Shown: in pieces, positions 61,718 to 64,000 of the stretch | Position numbering within the stretch: the stretch's first letter is position 1 | How the letters are laid out: the number at the start of each line of letters is the position of its first letter | Assembly (NCBI GenBank): GCA_965655095.1 | Contig: OZ296650.1 | Location: 80,290,001-80,354,000 of the forward strand | Direction of reading: 5' to 3' | Length of the DNA: 64,000 bases | DNA from: Haplodiscus bocki | Lineage: Eukaryota | Made by a program: the position numbers and the translations under genes | The notes under the pieces: model-generated | Told to the model about the DNA's origin: nothing | What the model saw: only the letters and a program-made list of their open reading frames with translations | Database searches by the model: none

Positions 61718-64000
61718 ACCAATAAAACAACCAAACTTCCACCAATTCCCGAGGCTGTCTGGCAGCAACCTACGGAGACCATTACAAAACAAGATGATGT
61801 TAATAATATTACTAAAGACTCAACTTCAAAGACTGATGTAGCAAGTCAAACTACGCCACCTAAGGGAACCCAACCACAGAAATACGTGGACGCCACGGAA
61901 CCATCTTCAAGAAATAAAACAGGAAACGAACCAGTATCATTCCTCAGTTGCTCCAAAGACTTCTCTACCAATAGCCAAAATACAGAACAGCACAAAACGA
62001 CTACCCCTAACAAGGAGATGACAACTCTACCTCTCAATACTGCAACCCCACTAATTGAGGAAAGGCTAATGAGAGATGAGCAGACAAATGAGTTGTACCT
62101 CCCATTAACGTCTACAGTAGTCCTGAAACGAAAGCAAGAAATGCTCTATGTGCCTCTGGATTTTGAGAACAATCACACGGTAGATGCTCTGGTGGACTCA
62201 GGAGCATTTGTCGGCGCAATCGCCCAAGACGACTTGGAAACAATTAAACAGAAGGCCTCAAATAATATTCTAAAAATTGACGACCCTCCCAATTTCCAAA
62301 TACAAGTAGCAAATGGCCATTTAGAGAAACCACTATCAACAGCCACACTTAAATTTGAAATTGGAGGATAACTCTTTTGCTGAGCATTTCGTAGTAATGA
62401 AGAAATTAACAGGTCCAATAATTGGTTTGCATTTTATGAGGAATAACAGTGTAGTCATTGACACGACACATGGCCTCATACATTTTCCCCACTTGACGAT
62501 GCAGGTGAAAACAGCCTCAAGTGAGTCAACTACCAAACCACAACCAGTCATCATGGACGCAGACCTGACTATACCACCAGCGACAACAAAAACAGTCACA
62601 GCCTTCATTGACCATCCCTCAAAATGGAATACAACGGGGACTGTGACACCACTGGAGAAGTTTACGGAAACAGCAAGTCTGCTGATTTCCCACTCAATGT
62701 CTACAATAACTGACAAGAGAATAGCAGTCAGAGTGACTAATACAACGGAATCACCATATCTTATCAAAAAACACACACAGATTGCAGAATTCTCCGTGGT
62801 TACTCCGGAGCAATCGAAGCATATCAAACCAGTAGATATGGCAATTCTCAGTATGATTCCACAAGATGATCCTGACCTGACTGCTTACTTAAATGAACTT
62901 CTCAGAACGAACAAATCAGAGCAGCAAGACAATACGTTCTGGTTCCCAACCCCTGAAAATCCTGGAAAGCCTGAGGATCATACCCCAATACAGACAAGAA
63001 TCCTCAAGGAATTGATTGAACTTAAGGACAAAGAAAAACTCAATCCACAAGAGAGCACAGAATTTCGACACAAATTTCTCAAACGTTTTGATTGGACTGA
63101 CACACTCCTCACAGAGACGGAAAAACAAGCAATCGAAGATATTCTGGTTGAGTATCATGACATATTCGCCAGACACAGAATGGATATTGGGATGAACACA
63201 GAGTTCAAGGTGAAATTAACCCCTAAAGACGACAAAGCTGTATATAGCCAGAGTCTACCCATGCCAATCCACCTGAAATAAGACCTGATTGTTGAACTGG
63301 CCCTAATGCACAAATATGGAATCATTACAGTACTGCCCTTTTCCAAGTACGCGAGCCCAATATTTGCACAAAGGAAGCCTAACGGAAAATTACGTCTTCT
63401 TGTGGATCTACGAAAAATCAACAGTCTGATTGCAGATGATTACACTAACAACAATCATCCAGTTAGCACGTTGTCAGACGCAGCACAACACTTGGCAGGA
63501 AAGTCACTATTCTGCAAACTGGATTGCTCCCAAGCGTATCACTGTTTGCAGATGGCGGACCAACGCTCAGTGGAGATGCTTGCATTCAATTTTGCCAGCA
63601 GAACCTCTGCATACAAAAGACTCGCACAAGATCTTAGCAGATCTGTGTCTGCTTTTTCAAGTTTCATGCGTGAATACTCGGACCCAGTCGTCAAAGCTGA
63701 CCAATGTGCTCAATACGTAGATGACATTGGAATTGCAGCCAACAATGCCACGGACCTTACTCGAAACATCCGAGCAGTCTTCAAATGCATTCGCCAAGCA
63801 GGATTGAAACTGACAATCGAGAAATGTCATTTTGGAGTCAGACAAGTTGAATTCCTAGGACGAACAATTTCACCAGAAGGAATCTCACCACAAGCCCGGA
63901 AAATCCAAAACTTCCTTGCTAAACTTCGATTCCCCAAATCAAAGAAGGCATTGCAGCGCTATCTGGGATTCGTGAACTATTACAGAAATTATATTCCCAG
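61670..64000 (+). pseudogene. pol: pol (protease, spacer domain, RT) with one frameshift and one premature stop; truncated by the window
   Basis: ALVDSGA (DSG at 62195-62203), PIIGLHF, frameshift at ~62366, TAA at 63279-63281, then YASPIFAQRKPNGKLRLLVDLRKIN, KLDCSQAYH, YVDD (63714-63725), KCHFG, VEFLG, YLGFVNYYRNYIP. Confidence 0.95.

Larger units (their letters stand above)
58555..64000 (+). mobile_element. Ty3/Gypsy LTR retrotransposon, 5' part (continues beyond the window)
   Basis: Putative 5' LTR, PBS, intact gag, -1 frameshift signal, protease and RT. Confidence 0.95.

Noticed and set aside
61082-63421. Several minus-strand ORFs of 63-163 aa
   Set aside because: Antisense shadows of gag/pol.

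Overview
AT-rich eukaryotic (probably invertebrate animal) genomic DNA made almost entirely of mobile elements and their remnants. I could not confidently identify any host gene, rRNA, tRNA gene or CRISPR array, and there is a 200-N scaffold gap at 9860-10059. Main contents: (1) a complete but decayed 14.7-kb retrovirus-like Ty3/Gypsy element on the minus strand (20876-35545). It has ~2.94-kb LTRs, an AATCT target-site duplication, a tRNA-Asn-like PBS, a PPT, gag, an env-like class I fusion gene, and a pol carrying a TARG1/OARD1-like macrodomain between RNase H and integrase. (2) A heavily decayed Polinton/Maverick (~43.1-54.8 kb) with remnants of pPolB, integrase, major capsid, several minor-capsid-like genes, ATPase, protease and an HTH protein. 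(3) A younger Gypsy element running off the right edge (58555 to the window end). Its intact gag appears to start ~390 nt inside the 5' LTR and to read in frame through a tandemly duplicated PBS, followed by a -1 frameshift heptamer and pseudoknot. A second LTR end at 8489 appears to show the same design. (4) Several non-autonomous DNA transposons and an old ~175-bp tandem repeat family at two loci. All protein assignments come from manual translation and motif recognition; no database searches were run.
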